Origin: Antedon mediterranea
Lineage: Eukaryota; Animalia; Echinodermata
Assembly: GCF_964355755.1 (NCBI RefSeq)
Contig: NC_092670.1
Coordinates: 39,234,388 to 39,298,387 of the forward strand
Length of the DNA: 64,000 nucleotides
Reading direction: 5' to 3'
A program made the translations under genes and the position numbers. This document shows positions 26,501-39,200 of the stretch, piece by piece (the stretch's first letter is position 1; each line of letters begins with the position of its first letter). The notes beneath the pieces were generated by a model. The model ran no database searches. It had not been told where the DNA came from and saw nothing but the letters and a program-made list of their open reading frames with translations.

Positions 26501-28278
26501 AATTTATAGTGCAGAGGATGAGCGTGGTCTTTTAAAATAATTTTCAATGTTTTAATTACTAATTCCTTATATAAAACTTCAGGTTGAATTTGTTCAGAGC
26601 CTACTATTCTACTGCCTTGTTTAACTATTTTATTAAGTAAAAGTCTATCTTTAAAACGTGAATTACCATTCAGGGATGTCACCAGCTTTTTGGAGTGCCG
26701 GTCGGCAAATTTCCCGGGGGGGGGGGGGGGGGGGACCCGGGGTACCGCCCTCCCCCCCGGGGGTTTGTTGTTATTTCAGCGAAACATAAAGAATTATGAA
26801 AATAAATAACAACAAATTGCGTCAGGTCTAGGCCTAACCTTGTACCACCGGGGAGTCGCCGTTATTATTCGCGAAAACAAAAAAACGCTCACGAAATGAA
26901 TAGCAATAGCCTAGATCGCGTCAGGCTTAGGCCTAGCCTTGTAGACACTACGACCACTAGGCCTAGCCAAGGCTTATAGATAGATGCCCCAAAACCTGAA
27001 TTCCACAAAAACGGGCGCTTCTTTATTTAGGCCTAATCCCTAATCAAATAATGTAGATAAATTATTAGCCTAGACCTTACTACTTGTTGCTCGATATAAT
27101 GTTCGTGTTCTTTTGCGCGAGAGTTTTTTAGCGTATTCGCGAATTCCGGATTTTTTGTTTCACAACTGTGCGGCGGCAAGCATGTAGTGCATGGCCGGCA
27201 AGAACAGAGACACGTGTTTATGGGTTAACTGAAGTTCAGCAACCTGAAGTTATCCCAGGGACGTGTAATTATCGTACCATGCTCGGCGATCATAAACGAA
27301 CGAACTTGCCCGGTCTCACCATAGAGATATTATGTTCACTATAATATCTCTATGGTCTCACTGAACCATGCGCATGTTTTTTTATTTTTTTTAATAGTTC
27401 GTAGAGTACAAAAATGTAAAACTAGTAACATAATATAATTAAAGCAGGGTGACAAAACATTCAGCAATTAAAAATGATTTTGTTTGGGTCTATGTAGTTA
27501 TACATTTTTAATTACTGCGTACTTGTTTGTATTTTTAATCTGTGCAAAATAAAACGCTTGAATGGTCGCTATGTGAACTTTAAACTTGTACACTATGTGC
27601 TGTGTAGCACGTTGTTCGCCATGACTCACAAGCTGTAACAATGAATACCAGGGCAGGGTAGGCCTGGTATTGTGTTACAAATAAAGTAACGTACGTAACC
27701 ACGGAAACATTTGCTGTAGTCTTTTGTCTTATCTATATGAGGCTAGCTTGTCTGTTATTAATGATGTGCTAGGTAAAATGTTTTAGTACGAATTTTAGTT
27801 AGGCCTAGGCCTAATATAAATATCGTAATGATTAATAAATAATACTTTAATAGTGGTGGTCGGCAGCCTGTAAATCCTGGTCGGAAATGTTGAGTGCTGG
27901 TCGGGGCCGACCAGCGCCGACCAGCGTGGTGACATCCCTGCATAATAACATATTAGGCAAAAACTAAGCTCTGTCTTTACATTATGTGACAAAAAAATGT
28001 GACACTTTTTTTGTCTAACTAGTTTGATAGTGTAGACAGAGCTTTAAACATCATAATTGATATTTTGAACTAATAATATTTCAATTTTTTGTTCCTAAAA
28101 TTAAGGACAAAGTAGACTCAAATCAATAGCTTTTATGTTTTACTGAGGTAAAAAAAAATGTAATATGTGCCAACAGGTCTGTACTGAATGACTATAATTA
28201 CAACTTACCTGTAACAGTTGCCTGTGTTTTGTAAGGATGTGTCTTCAATAAATGTAAATACAGTTGTAATGGTCTCAT
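23567..28278 (-). CDS. MPV17: Mitochondrial inner membrane protein Mpv17 (184 aa); exons 28278-28209, 25909-25794, 24938-24846, 24459-24364, 24190-24158, 23997-23945, 23660-23567
   Basis: Spliced by hand: MRPLQLYLHLLKTHPYKTQATVTG/GLFLISDIISQQLIEKKG..RTLRQTAVGFIIT/GPLIYKYYKTLEKFV..KKMIIDQ/TLFAPSY..KLQK/DFKSTMIMNWK/VWPFVQICNFYFIPLQHR/AITTNSVAVIWNTYLSWKAN..; all introns are GT-AG and in frame. A probable non-coding first exon has its donor at about 28798. Confidence 0.93.
25050..25642. mobile_element. Kolobok-like non-autonomous DNA transposon in an MPV17 intron
   Basis: TTAA|AGATACCTTCCCTACA ... TGTAGGGAAGGTGTCT|TTCA; CpG-rich interior. Confidence 0.7.
26170..26670 (-). mobile_element. 3' fragment of a non-LTR retrotransposon (Rex1/L2-like ORF2 C-terminus plus 3'UTR)
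   Basis: IILKDHAHPLHYKF..RLLQRKIKTNRYGNSFVPAAIRLYN matches the I..D.SHP.H..F..RT.RF..SF.P.AI.LLN end motif of Rex1/L2-group elements; (TTGAA)n tail near 26160-26180. Confidence 0.7.
26671..27940. mobile_element. hAT-like non-autonomous element (1.27 kb)
   Basis: Perfect 14-bp TIR CAGGGATGTCACCA / TGGTGACATCCCTG with subterminal GGTCGG/CCGACC motifs; internal G19 run; TSD not preserved. Confidence 0.75.
27320..27354. mobile_element. 35-bp P-element-like remnant or excision footprint
   Basis: GTCTCAC|CATAGAGATATTAT-gttcact-ATAATATCTCTATG|GTCTCAC: a 14-bp inverted repeat with a 7-bp direct repeat on each side. Confidence 0.6.
27968..28043. mobile_element. Harbinger-like MITE, family A, short internally deleted copy
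   Basis: AGCTCTGTCTTTACATTAT ... AGTTTGATAGTGTAGACAGAGCT|TTA. Confidence 0.75.
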
Positions 28279-29471
28279 TCTGGTTATTGTTCAGTAGGCT
28301 TATATTATATTAAAGTTAGTAGTTTGTAGACAAAAGATATTCAAAATCATCAGCCACGGTTTACGGTTAATTAGTTAATCAACATTTCTGAAAAAAAAAA
28401 AAATAGAACAGACTGCCCAGGTTTGGTGGTACAAAATGTCCCTCCGCCACAGTAGTACCCTGATAAAATGTTGCCGCGAATAACAATTTATCTCTGGCCT
28501 AAGCCTTGAAGCTATTAGGCTAGGCCCTAGGCACCTACTTATCCCTTCTAGCCTACTGGCTCTACTTGACTACTAGGCCTAGTAGTAAGTAGGCCCAGTC
28601 TAGCTACTCCGGCTAATCGAGCTACCTAGCCCTAGCTAGCCTAGACTAGGCCTAGGCCTATACTAGTAGTAGGGCAGAGGCCTCCTCTAGCTAGGTAGAA
28701 AGAAGTCAATTTATTATACAGTATTACTATTTTATTATTAACAGTATTGTACGTATTTGTTTACGTTTAAATATTTATTTCGGCTCTGTCTACTTACCTA
28801 TATCATAAACGATTCATATTAGTTTGTATATTAAATGCAATGCGTAAATGAATTGGCCTGGCCTAGGCCTAACACATGTACCACGTGAAGCATGCTGCTG
28901 CGCTGCGGATGTGTAGCTGCTCCTCGGCCTGCTGCATGTAATTTCAATAATGTCACGCATGAGTAAGTACGTCACGTACCACCCACCGCCGGTGAAACAA
29001 ATTGGGTATGGAAGGCCGTAATCGACAAACAAATAATATTTTTTAGTTAACGTCAAATGGCAAGATCAGTGTACAGTACTTCATAATATCAAAAGCATTG
29101 CCAATTATTACTCTATAAAACATTCCATAACTAAGCACAGCCATATCTAAACGAACATAAAAGGTCAAAAGATGTATTGATTTTTTATTTAACATTGTTA
29201 CGGAAAAGATTCGAATATTCAATGCGAAATTTAATTAAAATATTTAATTATTTAATGAATTTGATTATTTTTATAATTGTAAATAAATAAACAATGGGAA
29301 CGATAACTCGCATTGTATAAATCAAATCAAAGAAATGCAAACTTATTAAGTTAGCAATTACTCTCTTGTGTGAAGTACAGCAGTACCTGATATTGGTTAC
29401 CATCGACAGTCGACACCGAAAAGTGTAAACATTTTTAATGTCATTTTGAGAAACAAACACCGAAAAAAGAC

Positions 29472-31230
29472 ATGTCATATTTTGCTATAACATTTGCTGT
29501 GTTTGGTTTATTACGTCAACACGCTGCTCAAGGTAAGACCTTTTCATTTTGGACACACATAAGTACGGATCCCGTGCCGCCGACGACAAAACAAGTAGAC
29601 CCCTTTCAACTAGATTCTACAGATCTGCAAGACGGATAGTAGGTAATGTATTAATTCTCAGAAAGATGACGGGACAGGGTACGGTCCGATCGATCGGCTT
29701 ACTGAGTATGTGTTTGTGATAGGAAGGATATCTGCTTTCTATATTTTGTTGCTAAGTGTTCACTTTTCGAAAAGGGATTTGAGTGTAGAACAATTTTAAC
29801 TTCTGTCTTTGTCTCTTTACATAGGTGTTTCCTGTTTCGTATGCAACAACAACGCATCAACCAACGAACAATGCAACACCCACAGTGAAACATGCAACAT
29901 GGTAAAATGAGTGCAATTCATTTCTTTTTTTATGAGTCAAACTCATGAACTTCGGCATATTTGACAGGAAAAATAGACGTTTGTTAATCACCAATGTTGT
30001 CGCTGTCGCCGTCGTCATCATCATCATCATCATCATTATTAATATTTAGGTTATTATACCTCAAACGTTCTATTGGTACTTGGTACGCTGAACGTTTACT
30101 CAAAAAGGCAATATTGATCATAAATGATCCCATACCATCCTGGCAACCATCATTTCCAAATTATGTCTCACAGTCACAAATTTAGATTGATACTTGCAAA
30201 AACTAATAGGTTTTTGTGATTCCCCGAAACCTTGAAATACCGGAATGGTATCCGGCGGGGTTTAGTTTTTAACCAACCTCGAAACCAGTTCTCTAGAAAT
30301 ACTGGGATGGTGTCCGGCGCGATTAGTTTTTTACCAACCCCGAAACCTGTTCTAGAAATACCTGGATAGTTTAAGTTCTATTTGTTGTTAGCCGAAACCG
30401 TTCAATTCATATCAATGTAAATTTTTTTGTATATATTTACAAATGACAATAAATGTACTTACTTATCATCATCATCATCATCATCATAATCATCATTATC
30501 ATCATCATTATAATCCGTTTCTTTTTGTTTTTATTTGAAATTATTCTATACTATTCAGCTTTGTCAAACTACTGTTCGTGATGAAAACGGTCAACATACA
30601 ATAACCAAATCTTGTTCGAATGGAAATTCGTGTTGGAACGAAGCAAAAAATAACAATGGCCAATGCCACCCACATGAGGAACGTTCGTGGTGCATATACT
30701 GTTGTTCTACCGACTATTGCAATCGAGAAGAACACCCAGCATCAGTCACCACGGATGAGACAATCACAACTACAGAAACAACCACATCACAGAGAGAAAC
30801 AACCACATCACAGAGAGAGACAACCACACAAGAGCAGACGACAACTGCCGAACCAGAAACTACATCACAACCAAAGACAACACATCAGTCAAAGCCGACC
30901 ACACAACCAAAGACAGCTACAGAGCAGACCACAGAACCACAAACTATGGAAGCAGAGACAACACCAGAATCAGACTCAACCCCGACATCAAAGAAGACAA
31001 CACAATCAGACTTTATAACTTCACAGCAGGAGCCAACCTCACAATCTAACCTACAACTGGAAACAACCATGAGAGGCCCACATGAACCTGTTCAAGAGCG
31101 GAAAATTACAAAACAACGGTCATCGGATGAATCACTGAACTTCAACTACATGCAACCTGGAATGAAGCATCAAATAGGTACCTTACATTGCTTGCTCCGC
31201 TGCTGTTTTTATAAAACTCCAGTATCATAA
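29472..31230 (+). CDS. Secreted Ly6/uPAR (three-finger)-like domain protein with a Thr/Gln/Glu-rich mucin stalk; exons 29472-29532, 29825-29901, 30559-31230
   Basis: Signal exon MSYFAITFAVFGLLRQHAAQG; exon 2 VSCFVC..QC..TCNM; exon 3 LCQT..TKSC..C..C..CIYCCSTDYCN (LU terminal CC-x3-4-CN motif) followed by TT-rich repeats. Splice phases agree. AATAAA at about 31249. The 3' end could alternatively splice at about 31178. Confidence 0.78.
30040..30460 (+). mobile_element. Degraded non-LTR retrotransposon 3' fragment between two (ATC)n microsatellites
   Basis: Frameshifted KKAILIINDP.HPGNHHF..KFRLILAKTNRF motif; AATAAA at about 30448; (ATC)n runs at about 30015-30037 and 30465-30508. Confidence 0.5.
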
Positions 31231-31274
31231 CGCTGGGTTGTTTGATACAATAAAATAAATTATACTACCACCAA

Positions 31275-31345
31275 AGTCCCATGGTATAATGGTTAGGACA
31301 TCTGCATATCAAGCAGAAGGTTCCGGGTTAGAATCTTGGTTTCTC
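31275..31345 (+). pseudogene. tRNA-like pseudogene or SINE head
   Basis: GTCCCATGGTATAATGGTTAGGACATCTGC-ATATCAA-GCAGAAGGTTCCGGGTTAGAATCTTGG: A box, anticodon-like stem and a mutated B box; no intact acceptor stem. Confidence 0.55.
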
Positions 31346-32062
31346 ATTCTCATCACAGATTTCCTCATCGTTATCGTTTCAAATTAATTCCATTTCAGTA
31401 TATAATCGGGCGGTTTAGAATTTATTCTGTACCTGTTGTGTCATTATATTGTTACATTGTTAACCAAACCATATATCTTCTTTCCTTGTGTCTTAGTTGC
31501 CTCGACCATTGCTTCTCTTGGTGTATGTTTGGGTATTGGACCATCGAATGGACGTCGTAAATTTGTGAAATGTAATTAAGTTTTTCAGAGGTAATAGGCT
31601 GCTTAATACTTTGCTTGTTGTTTGTAGGCTTTCTGAAAATCCTGGTATGTTTTACAAAAAATAGCCTTTATAATTGTTGACATAAAGGAGGTACACCACG
31701 TAGATATAGTTCTGATAAAGAACTGTTGCGTTTCTCGACGTCCATTCTCTCTCCTGAGGACGATGAAGTATATTTATCGAAACGTGTACCGCAAACTTTA
31801 TTATCAACATGATTTCACCAGGGAAGAGTCACTCTTCCCTGATTTCGCCATACAAACCTTCAAACAATATATAATCTTTATAGCTGTTACGATAGAGACA
31901 ATACAGTTATCAAGATTGCTCCATTGACATTATACAACAAGTATATTTTGCCAACAAAATACTTAATATAACTTTATTTTGTACTATATTTCAATTAATT
32001 AAGAACTTATTATTCTAAAACTAATTTCTAATACAAAGGTCCTGTATTATAAACTTAAAGGG

Positions 32063-32185
32063 AGCTCTGTCCACACTATTAAACTAGTTTGATATACCCA
32101 AATATGGTAGTGATATGACATCATCATGTCTAATGGGCAGATCACATTTTGTTGTCATATAAAGTTTGATAGTGTAGACAGAGCT
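32063..32185. mobile_element. Harbinger-like MITE, family A
   Basis: AGCTCTGTCCACACTATTAAACT ... AGTTTGATAGTGTAGACAGAGCT. Confidence 0.8.
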
Positions 32186-33249
32186 TTAGATAGATAGTGT
32201 TCCACTACAGTAGTTTATGCAGTTTTATACAGAGTCATCAAAACAGAAAATATTCACCTCGTTCATATACGAAAAGTGTCGCCTGAAAATGAGTTTCCTC
32301 TGTGTCAAAGGAGAGGTTATACAGTATTTGTGGAATACTATGCAGTTTTATGATAACAATTTAATCGGAATCCAGTGTATTATTGAGCTCATTGAGAGTG
32401 ACCTGACGAATACCACATTGAGCTCATTGAGAGTGACCGGACGAATACCACATATGTGTGTTACAATAATTACCCCTGTGTTGGAAATACAGTAGGTATT
32501 ATAATAATAATTTAGCTGGAGTAGGTAGGTAGGATTGTTGAATTGTTTTGTTGTAATGTTATTACATTTAGCTGCTTTGAAGAAAAAAATTTTGTCTGCA
32601 CCATAATACTGTTGTTTTTTTAAACCTCAGAAACAATTCTCTTGCGACTATTTTTAAAGATTCACATTAACATTAAACTACTCCAATCATTATGACGTAT
32701 TATTAATAGAAAATTCATCATGACTCATTCATCATGACTCATACATATGACTTGATTGTGTAATGTAAAAAAATAGGTTTTTACCTTAGCAAAGCATGCA
32801 AGTTCATGGAGATGTTCTAAATAATTTTTTTCTGTAGTTGTACACTACCATACTGTAGTTACATGATTTCTTATCACTATTATAATATGAATAAATGCTT
32901 ATATTGTGTATATATATAAAAAGTAACACATAAAATACCAACAAATATTTAACACAAAAAAAAACAACAAAAAACATGTCCACATACAGAAAGAAGATAA
33001 TATAAATGTTTCTCTTCAATAATTAAATAATAGTACCTTTGTGAAAACCACACTCTTATGTGCCTTATATGCAAATATAACAGCGGTGACGCTGGAGAAA
33101 ATTTTCGTGATGGCGGAGAAAATTTATACAGCAATTCAGTTTGCTTCTGTTTAAACCCGTCACAGGTTTTTGTTATGTTTTGTTGAGTTTCTGTCTTGAA
33201 ATGAATGAAAATAAATGAAATAACTTTATGTATCATTATCAAACTCTTG

Positions 33250-36200
33250 CTAACGCTTTTCAACTGTGACCCAGATTTCATCGCTAGGACATGTCACTAA
33301 CCCATGTACTGGTTCAATTACAAGACCTTCAATCAAATTAAATTTAAACTTGCGGATAAGTTGAGACAGAAAGACCGTTAGCTCAACATATGAAAACCGA
33401 TAGCCTGGGCAAATACGTTTGCCGGCAAATCCAAATGGAGAAAACGTCAATTTATCACGCAGCTTCGAATTTTCTTCACTGAAACGATCGGGGTTAAACC
33501 TGCAAACATAATAAAAACTATTTTTTTCTATTTTTCAACATTTCCATTCCATATCAAATTATGCTACATCGTCTCCCAATATTGTCAAACAACTAAGCCT
33601 GGGATCAAAGTAGGCCAAAAGAATTGTATAACTATAATAATACTATTTTATAGAACACCACAGCACTGATAGCTTAGAGGTGTAACAGTTCGGATAGGCA
33701 GTTCATTAAATTAACACTTTTGAAACACAAGTTCTTTTTTACTTTTTTACAATAAAATACAGTTTTTTAAATAACTTACAGTTTCGGCTCTGACCAATAT
33801 TTCTCATCTTGCTGTACAACCCCGAGAGCATGAATTACTGGAGTCTAAAAATATAATGAAAATATTAATTAATTTCTATTTTAAATTACAATACTATTTT
33901 TTATATTAAAACACAATCCTCTATTAATGAACCGCCACTACCTATCCCTTTTAGTTTAGAAACCATGGGTTTAGCTGTGATGGCAGAAATTAAGTTGCTG
34001 AAATGATCAATTCTTATTTCCAATACTAACCATTTTAGGAATTAAATGGCCACCGATCTGGACATCCATCTCCTGGTACCGAGCAGAAAACGGAGCAAGT
34101 ACGGCCGTTCTCATGGTTTCATCCAAAACTTGTCTTGTATAACTACAAAAAAAAGCAAGTAAAACCATAATAAAAACTGATTTGCAAATTGATATTGTCA
34201 GGACCAAATAGGGTACTGATATGCCCAAATATGGTACTGATATGCCCAAATCTGGTAGTGATATGGCATCATCATGTCCATATATGGGCACATCACATTT
34301 TTTTGTCACATAAAGTTTGATAGTGTAAACAGAAGTTAATATGGAAGAAGTCACATAAACATGTTAAACTCACACAAGTTTTCCTATCGTCTCTGAAGTA
34401 ACCTTATCATCACCGAGTACATCTTTCATTTCTTGGTATACCTTTTCCTCAACATCTTTATGGGTTGCCAGGAAATATAGGCACCAAGCAATAGCTGAAA
34501 ATATATATAATTCAATTCATCTTTTTTATTGGTCTAATTTTATATAAAAATTTGAAAACCTTTATTAATATACTGCATGCAGTTTGAAATATATCAAACA
34601 TGTTTTAAAAAACTATAAAAAAGTACAGACAATATTTAAAAGTTATCAAATTTGTTTATACAATAAAAAATCGGCAAAATTTATAAAAGTTATATTTCAA
34701 ATTATGATGCAGGAGTGTTCTCTCAATTAGAGGCAAATTATATTATTTATGTTATTATAAGTATTAAACAATAATATATGTCAATTAAATGACAATATTT
34801 AACAAATGCTAAGCAAGCAACTTATAATTAGATTGTTTTTATTCAGTGCACACGCAGTGCAGTAAGATTACCTAATGCTCTAATAAATGATGAAACACTT
34901 GCAGTACCAGGAACTAGACCACGATTGAATTTTAAATATTTAATAACGACGGTCTACCCACACAATGCACCAACCAATATAATGATTACAAAAGGCACTG
35001 TAAACAAACTTTTTCTATAAGCTCAGAATAAAAAAAAAAATTGTTATTAACCATTTCCTGACGTGTGTAAGCCACCGATAACATAGGTCAATGCATCTGC
35101 CAGCAGTTGATCCTCTGGGATGTCGGCTTCGATGAGAACATCTAGGAACACATGCTTGCCCTCCGGCGGCGGGTTGTTTCTGCGTTCAGTGATAAGGGTG
35201 CCAATTGTTTCAAAGAGATATTCTTTAGCTAAAAACAAAAGCACAGTTTTAAAAAAGAACACTATTAAACTCTCTCTACACTATCAAACTAGTTGGACAA
35301 AAAATAAATGTGTCCAACTATGGTAGTGATATGAAATCATCTTAGATATGGGCACATAACATTTTTTTTGTCACATAAAGTTTGATAGTGTAGTCAGAGA
35401 TTTACACTACATGGTAACTACAGATAAGAGAATTCTAAAAACAGGCAAAACAAATTTATTAAGTAGGAGAGTGATTTGTAATGAGATTGAGACATTTATT
35501 TTATGTATGGATCTGCTTATGGTGGGTAATATAGTGCTTTATGCTGGTATTACAGTACTCAAATAAATGTAATATCGTGATATAAATATTGATCTATTAA
35601 AGTTGCTGCACTACGGATATAATGTAAGGTATTATTGTTTCCTTAAGTCAAGCAAATATTATTGTATTTATTTAGCATCATATTTCAAGGAAATGAATAA
35701 GTTCACAATCTACATGATCATTCTACTGTAAATAATGATATGCAGTGTTTGTATACTACAGTGTACATTTTGTTTTGATGTTATGTGTTAGTATTTAGAA
35801 CTTTGTAGCTTATTTGTATTTTGTCTGTAAAATGGATACACCATTAACTGATAATGTGTGCCACCAATATAAAGGTGATTCCTATGAATAAATAAAATAA
35901 ATAAAATCCTTTCAATATATCTAAAAGGTTCTTTCATGTACTATGCTTGTATAGTGTACAGTTACATTACTGTATATATGATTAAAACTTCATAAAAATA
36001 AGATAAACTTATATACAGTACTGTCTTGCCCCACAGTTGTCAGAGGGGTATTATAATGAACAGCATTTATACATGCATGTGGTCATGAGTGCTGCTGCGA
36101 TATAATAATACCAGTTTATATATTAAGTCTACTGTATCTCAACATTTATTTAGTTTATGTTTAAATAACATAGTCTGCTTCTGGTTTAGGCACTCTGACC

Positions 36201-39200
36201 ATCAGAAAAAAGAGTTTAAAGTAACGTAACAATATTTTAAAATTATTATAAAGTCAGTTTGGAATGGCTGAAAAAATGAAAAATACATTTATCAAACTTC
36301 TTTTGGCGGTCACTCTTCGGGTCAGGTAGGTCACCAGACATGCGAGATTCCAGATCTTGCCAACACTGAAAGAAAAATGCGTATACATGTATAATTCATT
36401 TTTGTATATATAAATACAAAGCCAAATTATTGTAAATGACCATGCTGTGGGTATCCGTGGTTGAATCTCAATGGAGATACAAAAATGACCATGCTGTGGG
36501 TATCAGTGGTGGGATCTCAATGGAGATACAAAAATGACCATGCTGTGGGTATCAGTGGTTGAATCTCAATGCAGATACAAAAATGACCATGCTGTGGGTA
36601 TCAGTGGTTGGATCTCAATGGAGATACAAAAATGACCATGCTGTGGGTATCAGTGGTTGGATCTCAATGGAGATACAAAAATGACCATGCTGTGGGTATC
36701 AGTGGTTAGATCTCAATGGAGATACAAACATGACCATGCTGTGGGTATCAGTGGTTGAATCTCAATGCAGATACAAAAATGACCATGCTGTGGGTATCAG
36801 TGGTTGGATCTCAATGGAGATACAAAAATAACCATGCTGTGGGTATCAGTGGTTGGATCTCAATGGAGATACAAAATAAACAAAATAAAAACGACTTTTG
36901 TATATATGTATATGTTCATTTTGTGTTCATTTCAAGTACTGTAACTTGTACACAACAGAGTGTGTCTTACATTTGTAGGCTTAATCTCTGTTTACATTAT
37001 CAAATGTTACGGGACAAAAAAATGTGATGTGCCCATATATGGAAATGATGATGTCATATCACTACCATATTTGGGCATATCGCTACCATTTTTGGGCACA
37101 TCACACCTTTTTTGTCAAACATGAACTAAATGTATGTGAAGAAAGCTTACAAGGTCATAGTGTTTCTTGAATTCAAAAGCTCTTTTGTCATCTTTAAAAT
37201 AGTCTCCAAAAGATGTTTGTGTGATTCCTTTTAGAGACAGAGCCATCATATATTGATGAATTGGTATATGTTCATTCTTTGGCAGGCTTGATATCTTTTG
37301 GCACAACTGATCTACAACCTAGAAAAGAAAAAAATTTAAATTTCTATCAATACAGATAAACTTTATTTCATCCTTCACAGGGAATTTACATGGTCACAGT
37401 TCAGGAATACAATAATGATGAAAAATATATATATATTGTCCCCTTGAAACAAATTTTTTTTTTTTATTTTGTTGAATATGCCATTTTAATGTCACCTAAT
37501 AGTTATCCACTTTGACCAAATTGGATCGGCCAAAAAGTTATTTACCTGAAAAATAAATTGTCTGTCAGACAATGAGTTTTTGGTTAAATCTAACTATTTA
37601 TTTTTGTCTTTTCAAAAGTGCAATCAATTTGTTTTTTCGTTTTTTCTTATGGAATTGAATAACTTAATTAAAACTGCAAAATAGCATATTAAAAGTCTGA
37701 TTTTATAAATTAGTCTACTGCTCCGTTGTGAATTTACACCTGTCTACATTATAATAATACTCATATACACATTTGTCTGTCACTATTTTCAAACTTACTT
37801 CATGAAAAACACCATAAAAATTTTCCAGCATGTGATGTCCAAAGGCGTGGTCTGTTAACTTGCGTCTTTTACGACCTTCCTCCTTATTTGCATACTGAAC
37901 GCTTTGCTGTGTGATAAGTGGTAGGAATAATGCATATAGGTCATCTGATAGAAGATACAAAAGAAATATGTTATCGTCAACAGCAAAATACTGGTACAAA
38001 AATTTAGTTACTATAACCTTCGTCGAATTTTGCTAATGTATTTAAATCTGTCCACTTGTATAACAAACAAAACCTTGAACATAACCTTCCATGATACAGA
38101 CAGCACACGTAATACACATGATGCTGTATTATGGCATTTGCCTATGTTACTGGACAAATATCATTATATGTGGGAATCAGGTGCTTTTTTTTAATTGTTT
38201 TTTCTTGTGTATGATGACTATGATGTTGCTATACAGAAACCAACGACAAATCAACTTACTTGGTCTATCAAACACTTTCATGTGAGCTTTCCAAAGGTCT
38301 GGACTAGCAAGGCTCACATACATCTGTCGCCCTAACCACAGGGAGACTATTTCGCCATGTTCATCATGCAGTTTTTTCAGGTATTGGTGCAAACTGCCTG
38401 CAGCACCAACATCAGCTAAATTGCCATCTCTATAGAAAAAGCAACATTTTAAAGTTCAGAACTCCTTAAATAATAGTGATAAAGAGTAGTGATGAGTAGG
38501 TATTAATGTTATGGACAAGTAATACTGTATTAACCTTAAGGTGGTGTCGTGAGGCTAGGCTGGAAGTTTCTTGTGTTGGTTAAGCTCTGTCTACACTATC
38601 ATTCAATCAATCTTTATGTGACAAAAAAAATGTAATGTGCCCATACATAGACATGATGATGTCATATCACTACCATATTTGGGCATATCACATTATTTTT
38701 TGTCAAACTAGTTTGGTAGTGTACACAGAGCTTAAGGCTTGTTTTTTTTTGTTCTGCACCCATTCAATTGTTTGAAATGAAATGGCGATATTTACTTAAA
38801 TGGTAAAAGAGTACTTACTTTGGATCTGATGGGCTTGGTCCGGGAATTGTTGTCGATCTTGTAGACCCCTGTAAATAAATATATTTACCATATATCATCA
38901 TCATTATTACCTCTGTCTGCCTAGAAGGCAGGTTATAATATATTTTTGTCTGAAATAGTTGTGTGCGTGTGTTTTTCTGTTAGTAGGATAATGTCAAAAC
39001 TAAAAGACAAATCTTGACCAAATTTAAACCATAGATTTGTGGTCACAGAAGACAATTTTTTTAGGCAATATTTTTACTGATTTTAGGTCATAAGTCAAAA
39101 CTACAGTACAAGACGGATATTTAAAAAGGCCTTTTCTTTGGTAGAATTTTGATTGATTGCAAAAGAACATAAGTATGAACTAATTTGGACAATCAAAATA

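Noticed and set aside
23900-28950. Non-coding snoRNA host gene suggested by short minus-strand exons
   Set aside because: The exons translate in frame to Mpv17, and I found no convincing C/D box pairs.
30620-31018. Overlapping Gln/His/Arg-rich 132-aa ORF
   Set aside because: It is an alternative frame of the ACA/ACC-rich mucin repeats, which are naturally stop-poor.
36436-36876. CRISPR-like array
   Set aside because: The repeats are head-to-tail with no unique spacers, there are no cas genes and the context is a eukaryotic intron.
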